A stretch of 64,000 bases of DNA from Candidatus Poribacteria bacterium (GCA_965218095.1 OZ244587.1:6208001-6272000); one strand, 5' to 3'. Shown: positions 20,387-31,334, numbered from the stretch's first letter. Made by a program: numbers and translations. The notes: a model not told the origin generated them from the letters alone.

Positions 20387-21595
20387 TTATTCGGTAGGTT
20401 TCTCTCCTTCAATCAAGCCAAAGGTATCACGCGCAATCATCAACTCCTCGTTCGTGGGGATGACAAGAATCTGTGCGGGGGAATCTTCTCGATGAATTGC
20501 CTTTTCAACGCCGCTTGAATGGTTCCTTTCTTCGTCAACCTGAATCCCCAGGAACCCGAGTTTTTCGCAAATTTTGGCGCGAATGGACGGAGCGTTTTCC
20601 CCAATCCCTGCGGTGAAGATTAGCGCGTCCAAACCGCCGAGAACAGCCGCATATTTCCCAATATATTGACTCACGCGGTAGCAGAACATTTTTAGCGCAA
20701 GTGCCGCCTGTGGATTGCCTTCCGAAACGGCTTGGAAAAGATCGCGAACATCTGCTCCCACTCCTGAGACGCCAAGCAGGCCGCTTTCACGGTTCAGCAT
20801 TGCATGAATTGCTTCGGCGGACATCTGGGCTTCAGCCATCAGGTAAAAAATAATCGCAGGATCAATGTCACCACAACGTGTCCCCATCATCAGGCCTTCG
20901 AGGGGCGTGAATCCCATGCTGGTATCGATTGATTTTCCCTGGTCAATAGCGGTGATGCTACAACCGTTTCCAAGATGGCAAGTAATCAACTTGAGCGACG
21001 CCAACGGGCGTGCGCAGATCTCCGCTGCCCGCGCTGAGACGTACCGATGCGAAGTTCCATGAAAACCGTACCGACGAACACCGTGCCCTTCGTGAAGCCA
21101 ATAGGGAAGTGCGTACATATAAGCGTAATCTGGCACCGTTTGGTGGAACGCTGTGTCGAATACCGCAACGTGTGGCACATTCGGTAGGGCTTCACGACAC
21201 GCGCGGATCCCACCTAGATTATACGGGCTGTGTAGGGGGGCTAGGGGTACACACTGATGAATCGCTGTTTCAACTTCGGGCGTGATTAACGTGGATTCGG
21301 CAAAACGGCTGCCGCCATGGACGACGCGATGTCCAACAGCGGTAATCTCATCAAGATTTTGGAGGATGCCTTTCTTCTTGCCGAGGAGTCCTGCAACGAT
21401 TAGGTGGAAGACCTGTTCGTAATCTATCTGTGGGACATCAGTCTGACCTCTACCGTGCCGCTCATAGAATAGATTTGGAGACGGAGAATTCAACCGATCG
21501 ACTTGCCCCTTCGCCACGCACACTTCGTGCGTCATCTCAAAACATTGATATTTAATAGAGGAACTTCCTGCGTTGATTGTCAATATCAGGGGCAT
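20387..21595 (-). CDS. ackA: Acetate kinase
   Basis: INAGSSSIK, GHRVVHGG, FDTAFHQT, YGFHGTSH, HLGNG, SMGFTPLEG, PTNEE. Confidence 0.95.
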   Translation of the reverse strand: MPLILTINAGSSSIKYQCFEMTHEVCVAKGQVDRLNSPSPNLFYERHGRGQTDVPQIDYEQVFHLIVAGLLGKKKGILQNLDEITAVGHRVVHGGSRFAESTLITPEVETAIHQCVPLAPLHSPYNLGGIRACREALPNVPHVAVFDTAFHQTVPDYAYMYALPYWLHEGHGVRRYGFHGTSHRYVSARAAEICARPLASLKLITCHLGNGCSITAIDQGKSIDTSMGFTPLEGLMMGTRCGDIDPAIIFYLMAEAQMSAEAIHAMLNRESGLLGVSGVGADVRDLFQAVSEGNPQAALALKMFCYRVSQYIGKYAAVLGGLDALIFTAGIGENAPSIRAKICEKLGFLGIQVDEERNHSSGVEKAIHREDSPAQILVIPTNEELMIARDTFGLIEGEKPTE

Positions 21596-21648
21596 GAGAA
21601 CGTAAAGTGTCATACGTAATGGGCTCTTACGCATTACGTATTATTTCG

Positions 21649-23418
21649 TTAATCGACCGCTTCATCCGGGTCATCAGCGGATAGGTCTTCGCCACGATGG
21701 AGACGCAACGCCAAATTCGCTGTCTGGTACAAAGCACGTGCAGTCGGAGCGTGGGCGGCTAAGTACCGTGCTGCCGCGACAAGCGTCATCCGAGCGCGTG
21801 CTTCGTCTAATTCCTCGATTTGATGCAAAGCCGCTTCAAGCATCTGGAAGGAGTGAAACTCTGCGTCTTCACGCAACAGGGCGTGCCCCAACTTTTGGAT
21901 GATGGCTTGACGGGGATGACCAAGTGACAGATAGCGATAGACGTACATGCCTGCCTCATCCGCTTGCGCCTGGGTATTGAGCAGATTGACGAAGCCATTG
22001 AGTAATTCATCAGCTTCCGTTGAAAGGTTATTGGTATCTCGCCGATTTTGTGGTAGACGCGCCGCCGGCATGTTGAACCACCGACCGAAGTAGATCGCTA
22101 TTGCCCCATGGAAGACGCCGCGAGCAAGTTCCAATGACGGGGAACGTTTCGCACACTGATGAAGCGCATTGGCGTAGGTGTAGGTGTGTAGGACAGCGAT
22201 CCAATCGCCAAACTCGTTTTTTGTGTGGAAACGAGCAATCCGCATCGCCGCCGCGTAGGCGAGCGTCTGTGTTAGTTCTGTTAGGGTTGCTCCTTCCTTG
22301 AATGCCTCCTTGAGGGCTTCCATCGTAGCAAGCGGATCATCTCCTAGCAAAACTTCGACTAACTTTTCAGTCTCCTGCCACTGTTTACCTTCGCCAAGTT
22401 CTACAAGCGTCTCTAGTTCGTCAAATGCGTCGTTAAGAAGGGGGACAAAATCTATCGGACTGCGCCACCGGTTTTGCTCTTCAGCGCGTGGTGAGGCTGC
22501 AAGTCCACTGGCGAGCGTCGGCAAGATTTCACTCGCTTTTTCCCAGCCGATGCGCTCCAGAAGTTCAAAACCCTTGTTGATGAAATCAAGGGTATGTCCG
22601 CTATCACGATAGAAGTGATCTGTCGCGGCGGCGACCATCATATCACAGACCTGCGCAGGCGTCCCGCCGGACGAAATTGCGGTCAACACTGCACGTTCCG
22701 CACCGTCGGCGTTGCGGACTTCGATGAAATATCGGAACCACTCTTTCAGGCGCTCGATCGAGTGTTGGTCTGTTTCAAGCGGTGCAAGTGCCACACGCGG
22801 CGGGGAAGCCGCTACCTCCTGTGAAACGTGGAGTAATCCCTGATAGAGTGCAAGTACTCGGTCGGCTTCTGCAAGTTTTGGAGCGACATTTGCCATTGCC
22901 GTGAGAATCGTCAGCCCCGGGCCCCAACCAGCACGACGCCCATGCGCGCCATACAGTGCACCGACCTCAACGATATCATCCACCGGCGCACGATTTGCAC
23001 GGAGAGCAATCACCGCTTTAGCGATAATCAAGTTGATGTTCTGTTCAAGTCCTTCACCCAAACGTCGCTTCCAGCGAGCAATGGGGTTGTGTCTGTCTAA
23101 ATGGATATTGACATAGACGTGCCCGTTATCGACCTGGACCGGATATGATTGCACATCATCTGCAAAAGGGTCAAACGTGCAGCCACTCTCTAAATCGAAC
23201 CGGGCATAATGCCAGTGACAAATCAAAATGCCGTTATGAATTGTCCCGCGATTGAGAGGATACCCCATGTGTGGACATCGATTGTCTACTGCGTGGATTT
23301 GACCTTCACTGTTCGCCAAAGCAATCGAATGCCCCTTGATATTGACAGCAATAATCGAACCTTCAGGGATGTCCGCGACACTCGCGCACTGTATGAAGTC
23401 AGCAATTATTTCAGCCAT
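21649..23418 (-). CDS. Rieske [2Fe-2S] domain fused to a large helical domain of unknown function
   Basis: CPHMG...CHWH Rieske motif in the first ~110 aa; ~480-aa helical remainder with His motifs. Confidence 0.8.
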   Translation of the reverse strand: MAEIIADFIQCASVADIPEGSIIAVNIKGHSIALANSEGQIHAVDNRCPHMGYPLNRGTIHNGILICHWHYARFDLESGCTFDPFADDVQSYPVQVDNGHVYVNIHLDRHNPIARWKRRLGEGLEQNINLIIAKAVIALRANRAPVDDIVEVGALYGAHGRRAGWGPGLTILTAMANVAPKLAEADRVLALYQGLLHVSQEVAASPPRVALAPLETDQHSIERLKEWFRYFIEVRNADGAERAVLTAISSGGTPAQVCDMMVAAATDHFYRDSGHTLDFINKGFELLERIGWEKASEILPTLASGLAASPRAEEQNRWRSPIDFVPLLNDAFDELETLVELGEGKQWQETEKLVEVLLGDDPLATMEALKEAFKEGATLTELTQTLAYAAAMRIARFHTKNEFGDWIAVLHTYTYANALHQCAKRSPSLELARGVFHGAIAIYFGRWFNMPAARLPQNRRDTNNLSTEADELLNGFVNLLNTQAQADEAGMYVYRYLSLGHPRQAIIQKLGHALLREDAEFHSFQMLEAALHQIEELDEARARMTLVAAARYLAAHAPTARALYQTANLALRLHRGEDLSADDPDEAVD

Positions 23419-24011
23419 TTTGTACACTCCTTTCTTTAATTTTAGCAGGGGGAGTTATCAGTTCCAACTTCCGAACCCAAGCAGTTTCTCACAAGCCAAT
23501 GATGGCTACAGTTTGTTAATGCAACCAACTTCTTTGAACAACCCCAACGCTTAAGCAGTCAATTGTAGGCTAACCGTAACTAAAAGTCAAGCGAAAAGAT
23601 TTGTCCTTAGAAATTCCCCACGCATGGGTTCAATCGATTTTACCGAGGGGCTGACCCAGAAAAAACGGGTACAGACAGACTTCGAGTATGAGTCGTCGGC
23701 AAATGCTCACGGGTTTGCCGACAACTGAGTAGAACCACCTCCTTTCGATTGGTAGTTTTGGGGTGAATGTATCGCCGAATCATTTCATCGCAAAGTTTAC
23801 GACCGATAACACCGAAATTCAACCTGTTTTTTCTCGTGGGGAATTTCTAATTTGTCCTTTGTTTGGGATACCCAAACGTGACATCGGATCGGTATTCGCA
23901 CCGATCCAACACCCTTTTTCATTCCAACTCTTACTTGATCGGCGGATTTTTTTCGCGGGTTAACAGCGAAATCGGATATAATTAGAAAAACATGTAAGTG
24001 AGGAGAGGTCT

Positions 24012-25361
24012 ATGTTCAGTTCTTTACTAGCCAAACGTGCATCAGAAAATAACCCCATCCGGGTAGGTATCATCGGCACCGGGAAATTCGGTGCCGGTCT
24101 GGTGGCACAACTTTCCCGTATGCAAGGCATGGAAGCCTGTGCCATCGCCGATATTAACTTAGACCATGCGAAGCATGCCTACACAGCAAGCGACGTACCG
24201 GCGGAAGCCATAAAAGTTGTACAGAAGGTCGAGGAGATGAACGAAGCCATCCACAGCAGCAAACGAGCAATAACCGAGGACGGACTTCTCGTTGCCCGTT
24301 CTGATCTGGTAGATGTGGTGGTAGAAGCTACCGGGATTCCAGAGGTCGGCGCCCGTATGGCGTATCACACCTTGACTCATAACAAACATCTGGTCATGGT
24401 CAACGTGGAGACCGATGTGACCGTGGGCCCTTTTCTAAAGCGCCTGGCCGATACCGCCGGCGTCGTCTATACCTTAGTGGACGGCGATCAGCCCGGCGTG
24501 ACCATGAACATCGTCGATTGGGCGAAGGCGCTCGGGTTTGAGATTGTCGCTGCCGGTCGTGGCACGGTATTCTACGGTGATGATAGGGAGGGAACGCCGG
24601 ATACAGTGCCGGAGCGTTTTGGTTTCAGCGAGGAGTTGATCAAGCGACGGACGATTAACTTCAAGATGTTCAACTCATTCCGGGATGGCACAAAGGCACA
24701 GGTCGAGATGACGGCGCTGGCGAACATGACCGGGTTGGCACCAGACGTGCAGGGGATGCACGAGCCTTCACTTAATATCCCTGATATCGCCCGAACCTTC
24801 AGTCTGCGAGAAGAGGAGGGGATTCTTAGCCGGCATGGGGTAGTTGAACTCGCCAATAGTGTAGCGGCAGATGGTAAGATCATGCTGGATGCGCCGCTCC
24901 GGATGGGAGTCTTTGTGGTCATCCGGACCGACCATCCCTTCATTCAGGAGGATCTGACCGGCTACCATCTCCATCCGGGGGGTAATGGCAAAAACTTTCT
25001 GCTCTACCGTCCGTACCACCTGGTGGCGGTCGAAGCCCCGATCTCTATCGCAAATGCTGCGCTCTACGGGCAACCCACCGGTGCGCCGTTGACCGAGCCG
25101 GTGGCAGATGTAATTACCGTGGCGAAACGAGATCTGAAGCAAGGCGAGATTTTGGATGGCGGCGGTGGGTACACGGTCAACGGACTGATTGAAAAGGCGG
25201 AGATTGCCCGTGCGGAAAATTTGCTTCCGTTAGGCTTGGCTTCCGGGGTTAAGCTGAAGCACGATGTGACGAAAGGAACGGCGATCCGCTACGATATGGT
25301 TACGCTCGACGAGGATTCTTTTGTTCTCAAGCTGCGTCGTCTACAGGACGCGATAACTTGA
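24012..25361 (+). CDS. NAD(P)-dependent oxidoreductase with C-terminal SAF domain (homoserine dehydrogenase-like)
   Basis: VGIIGTGKFG, NVETDVTVG, DGDQPG, DGTK, YRPYHL, AKRDLKQGEILDG. Confidence 0.88.
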   Translation: MFSSLLAKRASENNPIRVGIIGTGKFGAGLVAQLSRMQGMEACAIADINLDHAKHAYTASDVPAEAIKVVQKVEEMNEAIHSSKRAITEDGLLVARSDLVDVVVEATGIPEVGARMAYHTLTHNKHLVMVNVETDVTVGPFLKRLADTAGVVYTLVDGDQPGVTMNIVDWAKALGFEIVAAGRGTVFYGDDREGTPDTVPERFGFSEELIKRRTINFKMFNSFRDGTKAQVEMTALANMTGLAPDVQGMHEPSLNIPDIARTFSLREEEGILSRHGVVELANSVAADGKIMLDAPLRMGVFVVIRTDHPFIQEDLTGYHLHPGGNGKNFLLYRPYHLVAVEAPISIANAALYGQPTGAPLTEPVADVITVAKRDLKQGEILDGGGGYTVNGLIEKAEIARAENLLPLGLASGVKLKHDVTKGTAIRYDMVTLDEDSFVLKLRRLQDAIT

Positions 25362-25427
25362 CAGTCACTGGACAGTATACTATACTCTCCGACAGCCTTC
25401 CTTTCATTTCAAAATCAGGAATCCATC

Positions 25428-26051
25428 ATGATGCTCAAACGCATGCTTTTTTGGCTTCTCCTTTTTCTCTCTTTATTGACCGTTGCTTCCGCCCAACAGG
25501 TAACAAAGGCGGACATTCAAGTGTTAGACCCAAACTATCCAATCTCGAAACAACGGTTAATAAAATTATCAACGCCTGTCCACTGTCGAAAACACTGTCC
25601 ACGGCATAGACAAGGGCTTAAACCAGCCTCGAAATCACGGTGAAGGAAATGGACAGACGGCTGACAACCGAAATTAAAGCCGTTAATGGACGAATTGATG
25701 AGATGGATAAACGTCTAACCGGCAAGATTTAATGAGTTGGACAAGTGTCTCACTTCCCGTACCGATACTCTGTTCTGGGCGATGAGTGCGTTGATTGGGG
25801 TGGTCCTGGCGGCGATTGCGTTGCCTCAAGTGCTGGGTTATCTTTATGCGCGACGCGAACGACAGGAAATCCAACAACTGATTCAAAACTCGCGGGTGGA
25901 CATGCAATAACAGGTGCAAGACTTCCGAGCGGAGATGCGAGACATGGGAGATCGTATTGAACGCCAGTTGCAGGTGGTGCTTGAAAAATTGAGCCAACAC
26001 GATCAGGAGATTGAGGAACTGAAAGCCCAACGGATTGTCACACCTTCCTAA
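25428..26051 (+). pseudogene. Frameshifted secreted or membrane coiled-coil protein
   Basis: Signal peptide, then fragments EMDRRLTTEIKAVNGRIDEMDKRL, TM LFWAMSALIGVVLAAIALPQVLGY and coiled-coil tail in different frames; internal TAA. Confidence 0.55.
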
Positions 26052-26062
26052 TCTACGGAAAC

Positions 26063-26100
26063 AAAAACGCCCCATGTAGCCGAAGCCACATGGGGCGTTT
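26063..26100. terminator. Hairpin, possible intrinsic terminator
   Basis: aaaaacgcccatgtag-ccgaa-gccacatggggcgttt. Confidence 0.45.
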
Positions 26101-26104
26101 GCCA

Positions 26105-26260
26105 GAGAATCGAAGAAACCGCAAGCAGAAAAAACGAGGACGGCCGCGCCTGTTCGATGCGGGAATTTATGCCAAGCGGTTTTGCGTTGAGCGAAGCTTT
26201 GCTTGGGTGGACAAATACAAGCAATTACTGATTCGATTTGAGCGGACCGCCGCCAAAAGC
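26105..26260 (+). mobile_element. IS5-family transposase C-terminal remnant
   Basis: RNRKQKKRGRPRLFD...YAKRFCVERSFAWVDKYKQLLIRFER. Confidence 0.65.
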
Positions 26261-27144
26261 TCCTATCGAATGATCCGGCTTCGGTTTCTTACCGAAATCC
26301 CCATCACTCTTCTCGTTGGAGAGAATCGTGATCTCCGTCACCTCCACCGTATCGACGGGAATCACGCCAATCTCCGGGACCTGCGTCTTGCTCGGAAGCG
26401 CCGAGCCAATCAGCTTTTCGATTGGGTAAAGTGGGCTATGGGGGACAGTGAGACTCAGAAAAGCAACGATCAACACACCGGTAGCCGAAAGCCCCATGGT
26501 AGCGAGGTTTTGGTCGGAGCGGTCTGGATCTTTGTTCCCTTGATCATCTCGATAACACGAAGGGTAAAAGCAGGTTGCAATCTTTGCTGCGCAAAGGTTG
26601 TGGTCATCATAATAATCATCTCCTCTTTTATTTGCGATCTCGCGCGACTAAGTCGCATATTGATGGTGTCAGGAGACGTTCCTAGAAACTGGGCAATCTC
26701 CTTGCTCCTCATGCCTCCCAGATAGTAGAGGGTCAACACTTGCCGATGCGTCTCGGGGAGCGAAGCCAGGGCGTCGTGGAGCACTTCATATCGCAAGTCC
26801 TCCTGATAGGCGTCCAGCGAGGGGCGCTCTAAGCACGCCGTGTCCTGGTCTTCAACGTATTCCGTATCCGGTCGTCTAGATCGCGAGCGCCAAAAGTTCT
26901 TGCAGCGATTCGACGCAATTGAGTAGAGCCATGCGAAGAAGTTGTCCCATCGTTTCAACGTCCCTAGCTTCTCGTAGGCGTTGAGGAACATCTCCTGGGT
27001 CAGATCTTCGGCGTCGTGGAAATTGCCAACCTTCGCGTATACAAATGCATAAAGGCTTGATTTGTACTTGTCCACGAGAAAGTCGAAGGCTTCTGCATCA
27101 CCGTCCAGACATTTCCGGATGATGTGTCCGTCTCCCGTGTGCAC
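26260..27144 (-). pseudogene. ECF sigma-70 factor with TM/C-terminal extension, frameshifted and truncated
   Basis: DAEDLTQEMF, FAWLYSIA, region 4 EIAQFLGTS...RLSRAR; extension continues in ORF 26225..26497 and stops at the IS remnant. Confidence 0.75.
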
Positions 27145-27423
27145 GGTTTTTCTCCTATCTGATTGAGGCTTTCATGAGTATAGAAACCGCAAATGACCAA
27201 AACCTAATATGGGTTGCTGATTTTTTTATCACAATTGCAAAAAAGTGGAGATGATTGATGCCAATTCTATTTTCGCATAGGTTCAGATCTAGATCAACAA
27301 AAAAGGCCCGTGTCACTCAAGGCACACGGGGCACTGCTTACAGATTCTGATTGATGTTTGGTGAAAAAACGCAATCAGGGATGTGTTAGTTTTCGGGTTT
27401 AACCTTCCGAAGGTTTTGTGCCA

Positions 27424-27855
27424 CTAGGGAATCTCAACGACCACATACCGCTGTTCGACCGCCACACGATAGGTCTCGGCGGTGTACGGTCCCTTCTCCA
27501 AACCTGACGATGCGACTGCATCACCGTCTTCTACGCTCACCTTGTATTTTCTAACGCGCCTCTGCGTTGGGTTCCACCATGACTGACCCGTTTTGATATC
27601 AAACTCCCAACCATGCCAGACACAGCGTAGGATCTCACCTTTGCGAGTGTACCTGTACTCGCCAGGCGCGTTGGACTCCAGGAGGCCTGTCAGACGGCCC
27701 TTGCACAGCGGGCCTCCCTGATGCGGACAACTATTCCGAACGGCATAAAACTCACCATCAATGTTGAAAACACCGAGGGACCGTCCTTCAAGGTCAACAA
27801 TTTTGCGTTCACCCGGCTGAATCTCGTCTACAGTTGCAACGACATGTTTTGCCAT
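27424..27855 (-). CDS. Rieske [2Fe-2S] ferredoxin
   Basis: CPHQGGPL...CVWHGWEF. Confidence 0.92.
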   Translation of the reverse strand: MAKHVVATVDEIQPGERKIVDLEGRSLGVFNIDGEFYAVRNSCPHQGGPLCKGRLTGLLESNAPGEYRYTRKGEILRCVWHGWEFDIKTGQSWWNPTQRRVRKYKVSVEDGDAVASSGLEKGPYTAETYRVAVEQRYVVVEIP

Positions 27856-27992
27856 AGGATTCTGAAATGTGAAACGTGATGAGTGATATGTAACCCAAGT
27901 TCAGAGGTACAAGCGTACAGGCTTCACTAAATCCCTGCACTTCTGTACTCATGAACCAATGAACTCCTGAACTATTCTTGATTTGCAGATTT

Positions 27993-29057
27993 CTACAATC
28001 GATATAGCTCACGCGCATTCTCAGCCATGATTCTTCGCTTCAAATCCGGCGCGAGATTTGTCGGGAAGGCGCGATCAGGTGCGTCAAAGTCCCAATGCGG
28101 ATAGTCAGTGGCGAACATCAGCTTTTCCTTAGCATTGAGCTGATCAAGCAACAGGTCGAAATACTCCCGCTTGGGCGGCTCCTCCACCGGCTGGGAAGTG
28201 AGCCAGAAATGCTCTCGAATGTACTCCGACGGTAGGCGTTTCAGATCCGGGACTTCATCTTTCAACTTCCGCCAACTCTGGTCGAGTCGCCATATCAGCG
28301 GCGGCAGCCAGCCAAAGCCCCCTTCAATTAAGACAAATTTGAGCGTGGGGAAGTGCTCAAAGACGCTCTCACAGACGAGGCTAATCACCTGCGTCTGAAA
28401 CGCCTGGGGCATGCCGCCGTGGTCCTCGATGTAATAGGAGGGCCAACCGGCACCGCTAATCGGGTAGCCTCCCGAGCCGCCGAAGTGAATCCCTATCGGC
28501 AGGTCATTGCGCACAGCGGCCTCGTACATTTTCCAATATTTACGTCGGCCCAAGGGTTCGCTCGTGCGTGCAATCAACAATACCTGCACAAACTGCCAAT
28601 CGCCGCCACGCTGATCTATCTCTTTCGCCGCCAATTCGCCATCTTCATAAGGAACGACAATTGACCCTCGCAGACGCGGTTCCGGCTCAACCCATTCTGC
28701 AATCTGCCACTCGTTAATTGCCCGTGACAGCGCCGCGCCGTACTCCAGATTGAGTTGTCCGCCGCATCCCATCAGGGGGTTCAGAATCCCGTATTCTATG
28801 TCCCAGGCGTCGAGTAACTGCTCTTGCATGAAGGCGAGATCTGAACCAGGTGGCAGGCCGGAGGGCGGCCAAGAATCATGCCTAGCAGCATTCGGCATCG
28901 CCCGTGGATAGTATCCCCCCGCATGCCCACGCCCGCCGATCGTTTCGTGATGCTTCTGCCAACGTTCAGACAGGTATGGAACCAACGCGTCCTCCGATGG
29001 CAGGTTGTTGTGAATATCACCGTCAATGACAGGTACTGTTTCTCGTGTTCCTTTCAT
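27993..29057 (-). CDS. Amidohydrolase_2-fold protein (AibH2/PtmU3-like dinuclear oxygenase candidate)
   Basis: IDGDIHN, GIHFG, YIEDHGG, LIEGG, QPVEEP, FATDYPHWD. Confidence 0.85.
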   Translation of the reverse strand: MKGTRETVPVIDGDIHNNLPSEDALVPYLSERWQKHHETIGGRGHAGGYYPRAMPNAARHDSWPPSGLPPGSDLAFMQEQLLDAWDIEYGILNPLMGCGGQLNLEYGAALSRAINEWQIAEWVEPEPRLRGSIVVPYEDGELAAKEIDQRGGDWQFVQVLLIARTSEPLGRRKYWKMYEAAVRNDLPIGIHFGGSGGYPISGAGWPSYYIEDHGGMPQAFQTQVISLVCESVFEHFPTLKFVLIEGGFGWLPPLIWRLDQSWRKLKDEVPDLKRLPSEYIREHFWLTSQPVEEPPKREYFDLLLDQLNAKEKLMFATDYPHWDFDAPDRAFPTNLAPDLKRRIMAENARELYRL

Positions 29058-29230
29058 CTGTGTTTCCTCCCTCTTGGTTAAGGACAGCTTGGGTTTTCAA
29101 TCCATCCTGCGATGTTTCCCCTACAAAATGTGGTTGTCACAAATTTCAGACTGAGAAAACTCTTTCTTGAAAATAAAGTGCCATAAAAATCAACGCTATA
29201 AGTAGATTAGGGCTTGATTTCCCTGATAAA

Positions 29231-29428
29231 TTATAGTATTGGATTGGTCGCGATCTGGTTGGGGCGCACAAAGAATCCGCTCCCAAATCCAAGCGGCTGA
29301 CCGTTGGCATCTTCCATGACCAAGAGCACGGTAGCGTCTAACGCTTTTTTGGCAATCTGCGGGGACGTTTGGGCGGTTGCCACAGTCATGACGCAGCTCA
29401 GACACGCGACTAAGATAAAACGTAACAT
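29231..29428 (-). pseudogene. N-terminal remnant of a trypsin-like serine protease
   Basis: Signal peptide plus ATVLLVMEDANGQPLGFGSGFFV...IATN, truncated before the catalytic His. Confidence 0.65.
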
Positions 29429-29429
29429 C

Positions 29430-29487
29430 TCTTTCTCTTTTCATCAAACTCGATTTCGTCTTTCTCTTTTCATCAAACTCGATTTCG
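29430..29487. repeat. Perfect 29-bp tandem duplication
   Basis: tctttctcttttcatcaaactcgatttcg twice (29430-29458 and 29459-29487). Confidence 0.9.
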
Positions 29488-29598
29488 GGCGAGAAGGCGG
29501 TCGTTTTCCGCCGGGTAGTTCTTACCCTTACCTGAAAACGGAAGAAAAAAGTGTACAACTCTTTCCCACAATGAGGGGGTGTATCTTTTTAGGGTAAG

Positions 29599-30210
29599 CT
29601 AATGGTGATTATGGTCATGTTGATCCCGGCGATGGCTGGCATCATGGTCGCTGGAGGCATCGTCAAGAGGACATAAAATCACCTCATGCATCACTCTGGT
29701 AAATTCCGCATGTTTAAGGACAGAATTCATTTCTGTACGAATTTCTCGTTGGCGTACCACAGAGGGATTTGAATATAACTCGAACCTGAGGGCATTGACC
29801 TCATCTTGCAGAGAAGGCGGCGAAAGCGATAATTGGTGGTAATAAAAAACAATATGCTTCTTTCCAGCCTCAACCTCGTAATTTTCCCGGTCGGTGATTA
29901 ACCTTCGCTTCGCTGGTTTGGGCTCAAGCGTGCTTTCAGAGAGAACGGATAAAAGGGATTTTCCAATCAAGGGGGCCTTCTGTTGATTGGATTCGCTGAA
30001 ATGTATTAAGCTGATTTCCTTATCGACTGCAAAAGCATGATCGATTCTATCGGGTAATTGCGGATCTGCTTCAGGCAAAGCTACCTCACGGAATTGGTGA
30101 ACAGATGTCAACACAATCAATCCGAGAAGAAAAACACAGAGTAGAGGGACCACTTGCCTTTTTTGATACCACACGACTCTCATCACCCTTTTCCATGGTT
30201 GGTGTTTCAA
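29599..30210 (-). CDS. Hypothetical membrane-anchored protein with His-rich C-terminus
   Basis: TM VVPLLCVFLLGLIVL; ends DHDASHRRDQHDHNHH; directly follows the PD40 gene. Confidence 0.55.
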   Translation of the reverse strand: MKHQPWKRVMRVVWYQKRQVVPLLCVFLLGLIVLTSVHQFREVALPEADPQLPDRIDHAFAVDKEISLIHFSESNQQKAPLIGKSLLSVLSESTLEPKPAKRRLITDRENYEVEAGKKHIVFYYHQLSLSPPSLQDEVNALRFELYSNPSVVRQREIRTEMNSVLKHAEFTRVMHEVILCPLDDASSDHDASHRRDQHDHNHH

Positions 30211-30214
30211 ATTG

Positions 30215-31300
30215 TCACCGATTCTCCAACTTCATACGTCCCCAAAGGGTGACTTGATGACCTGACGCCTCCACCGACAGAGAACGGTCGGGAATTACCC
30301 AAGTCGGGCTAGTATCCGACCCCGGATGGTGGGTGACCTGCGTCCGATTATCCCCGTTGGCATCCATGACATAAATATCTGGTTGGAGGCCCTTCCGAAA
30401 CGAGTGGAATGCAATCCACCTCCCATTGGGAGACCACGCGGGTGCATAGTCTTGCCATGGGTGACGGGTCAGGTTGACGACGTCGGTTCCATCGGGGTTC
30501 ATCACATAGATATCGGTCTGACCTCCTTCTCGCCTAGAATCAAACGCTATCTTTTTCCCATCGGGAGACCATGTGGGCGCAGTATCGAATGCAGGATGAT
30601 TCGTCAAATTGACCTGGTTTCTACCATTTGAGTCCATCACGTAGATTTCCCCATTCCCATCCCGACCCGAATAAAATACGATTTTTGAGGAATCAGGAGA
30701 CCAAGAACCACCATCATCCATTCCCGCCTGCCGTGTTAAATTCTTCAACTCGTTTCCCCCGGCATCCATGACGTAAACGCCACTCATGCCATCTGGCGCA
30801 ATGTGTGTTAAGACTAACCACTTTCCATCACCAGACCATTTTGGCGATAGATACTCTCGCCCCCCAAAATGTCTGGTCACGTTTTTGCGCTTCTTCGTAA
30901 GAACATTCATCAAAAATATATGAATGGTAAATTGGGTTTGCATGTGGAAGGCAACATGTTTTCCATCCGGAGACCAGGCAATTGGACTAAAGCTGGCTTG
31001 AGGATTCTCCATCCATTTGCGTTCGTTGCTTCCATCGGCATCAACTAGATACACTGCTGTAGCAAAGCCTTTATGAGGAGGTTTGCTATCTCGACTGGAT
31101 AGAAATGCAATTGTGCCGGTCGGCGCGGCGGCGGAATCCTGTTCTCCAAGTAGGCTCCATGAAAATCCGAAAATGAAAAGAAAAAAAAGACGGACGGTTG
31201 GTTCAACTTTCAATAATTTTAGACCCTTTACAATCAATCCGACACAGAAAACAGAGAGTAGAAAACCAATCACCCTTTTCTGAACTTTCGTGACTTTCAT
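30215..31300 (-). CDS. Secreted TolB-like (PD40) beta-propeller protein
   Basis: Repeated WSPDG motifs; C-terminus SVEASGHQVTLWGRMK. Confidence 0.88.
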   Translation of the reverse strand: MKVTKVQKRVIGFLLSVFCVGLIVKGLKLLKVEPTVRLFFLFIFGFSWSLLGEQDSAAAPTGTIAFLSSRDSKPPHKGFATAVYLVDADGSNERKWMENPQASFSPIAWSPDGKHVAFHMQTQFTIHIFLMNVLTKKRKNVTRHFGGREYLSPKWSGDGKWLVLTHIAPDGMSGVYVMDAGGNELKNLTRQAGMDDGGSWSPDSSKIVFYSGRDGNGEIYVMDSNGRNQVNLTNHPAFDTAPTWSPDGKKIAFDSRREGGQTDIYVMNPDGTDVVNLTRHPWQDYAPAWSPNGRWIAFHSFRKGLQPDIYVMDANGDNRTQVTHHPGSDTSPTWVIPDRSLSVEASGHQVTLWGRMKLENR

Positions 31301-31334
31301 GATACTTTTTCCGATCGGTCAACTCAAATCTTCA

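Noticed and set aside
23560-23990. Short ORFs and a hairpin between the Rieske fusion and the SAF gene
   Set aside because: No recognisable domain or RBS; possibly a decayed remnant but not supportable
26090-26725. 211-aa ORF as a real gene
   Set aside because: Chimera of an IS5 transposase tail and the antisense of the ECF sigma gene
29165-29185. Second sigma-54 promoter upstream of amidohydrolase B
   Set aside because: TGGCAC is present but the -12 element reads TTTC, lacking the conserved GC
29521-29598. Possible MITE with CTTACCCT / AGGGTAAG ends
   Set aside because: Only 8 bp of inverted match and no clear target duplication
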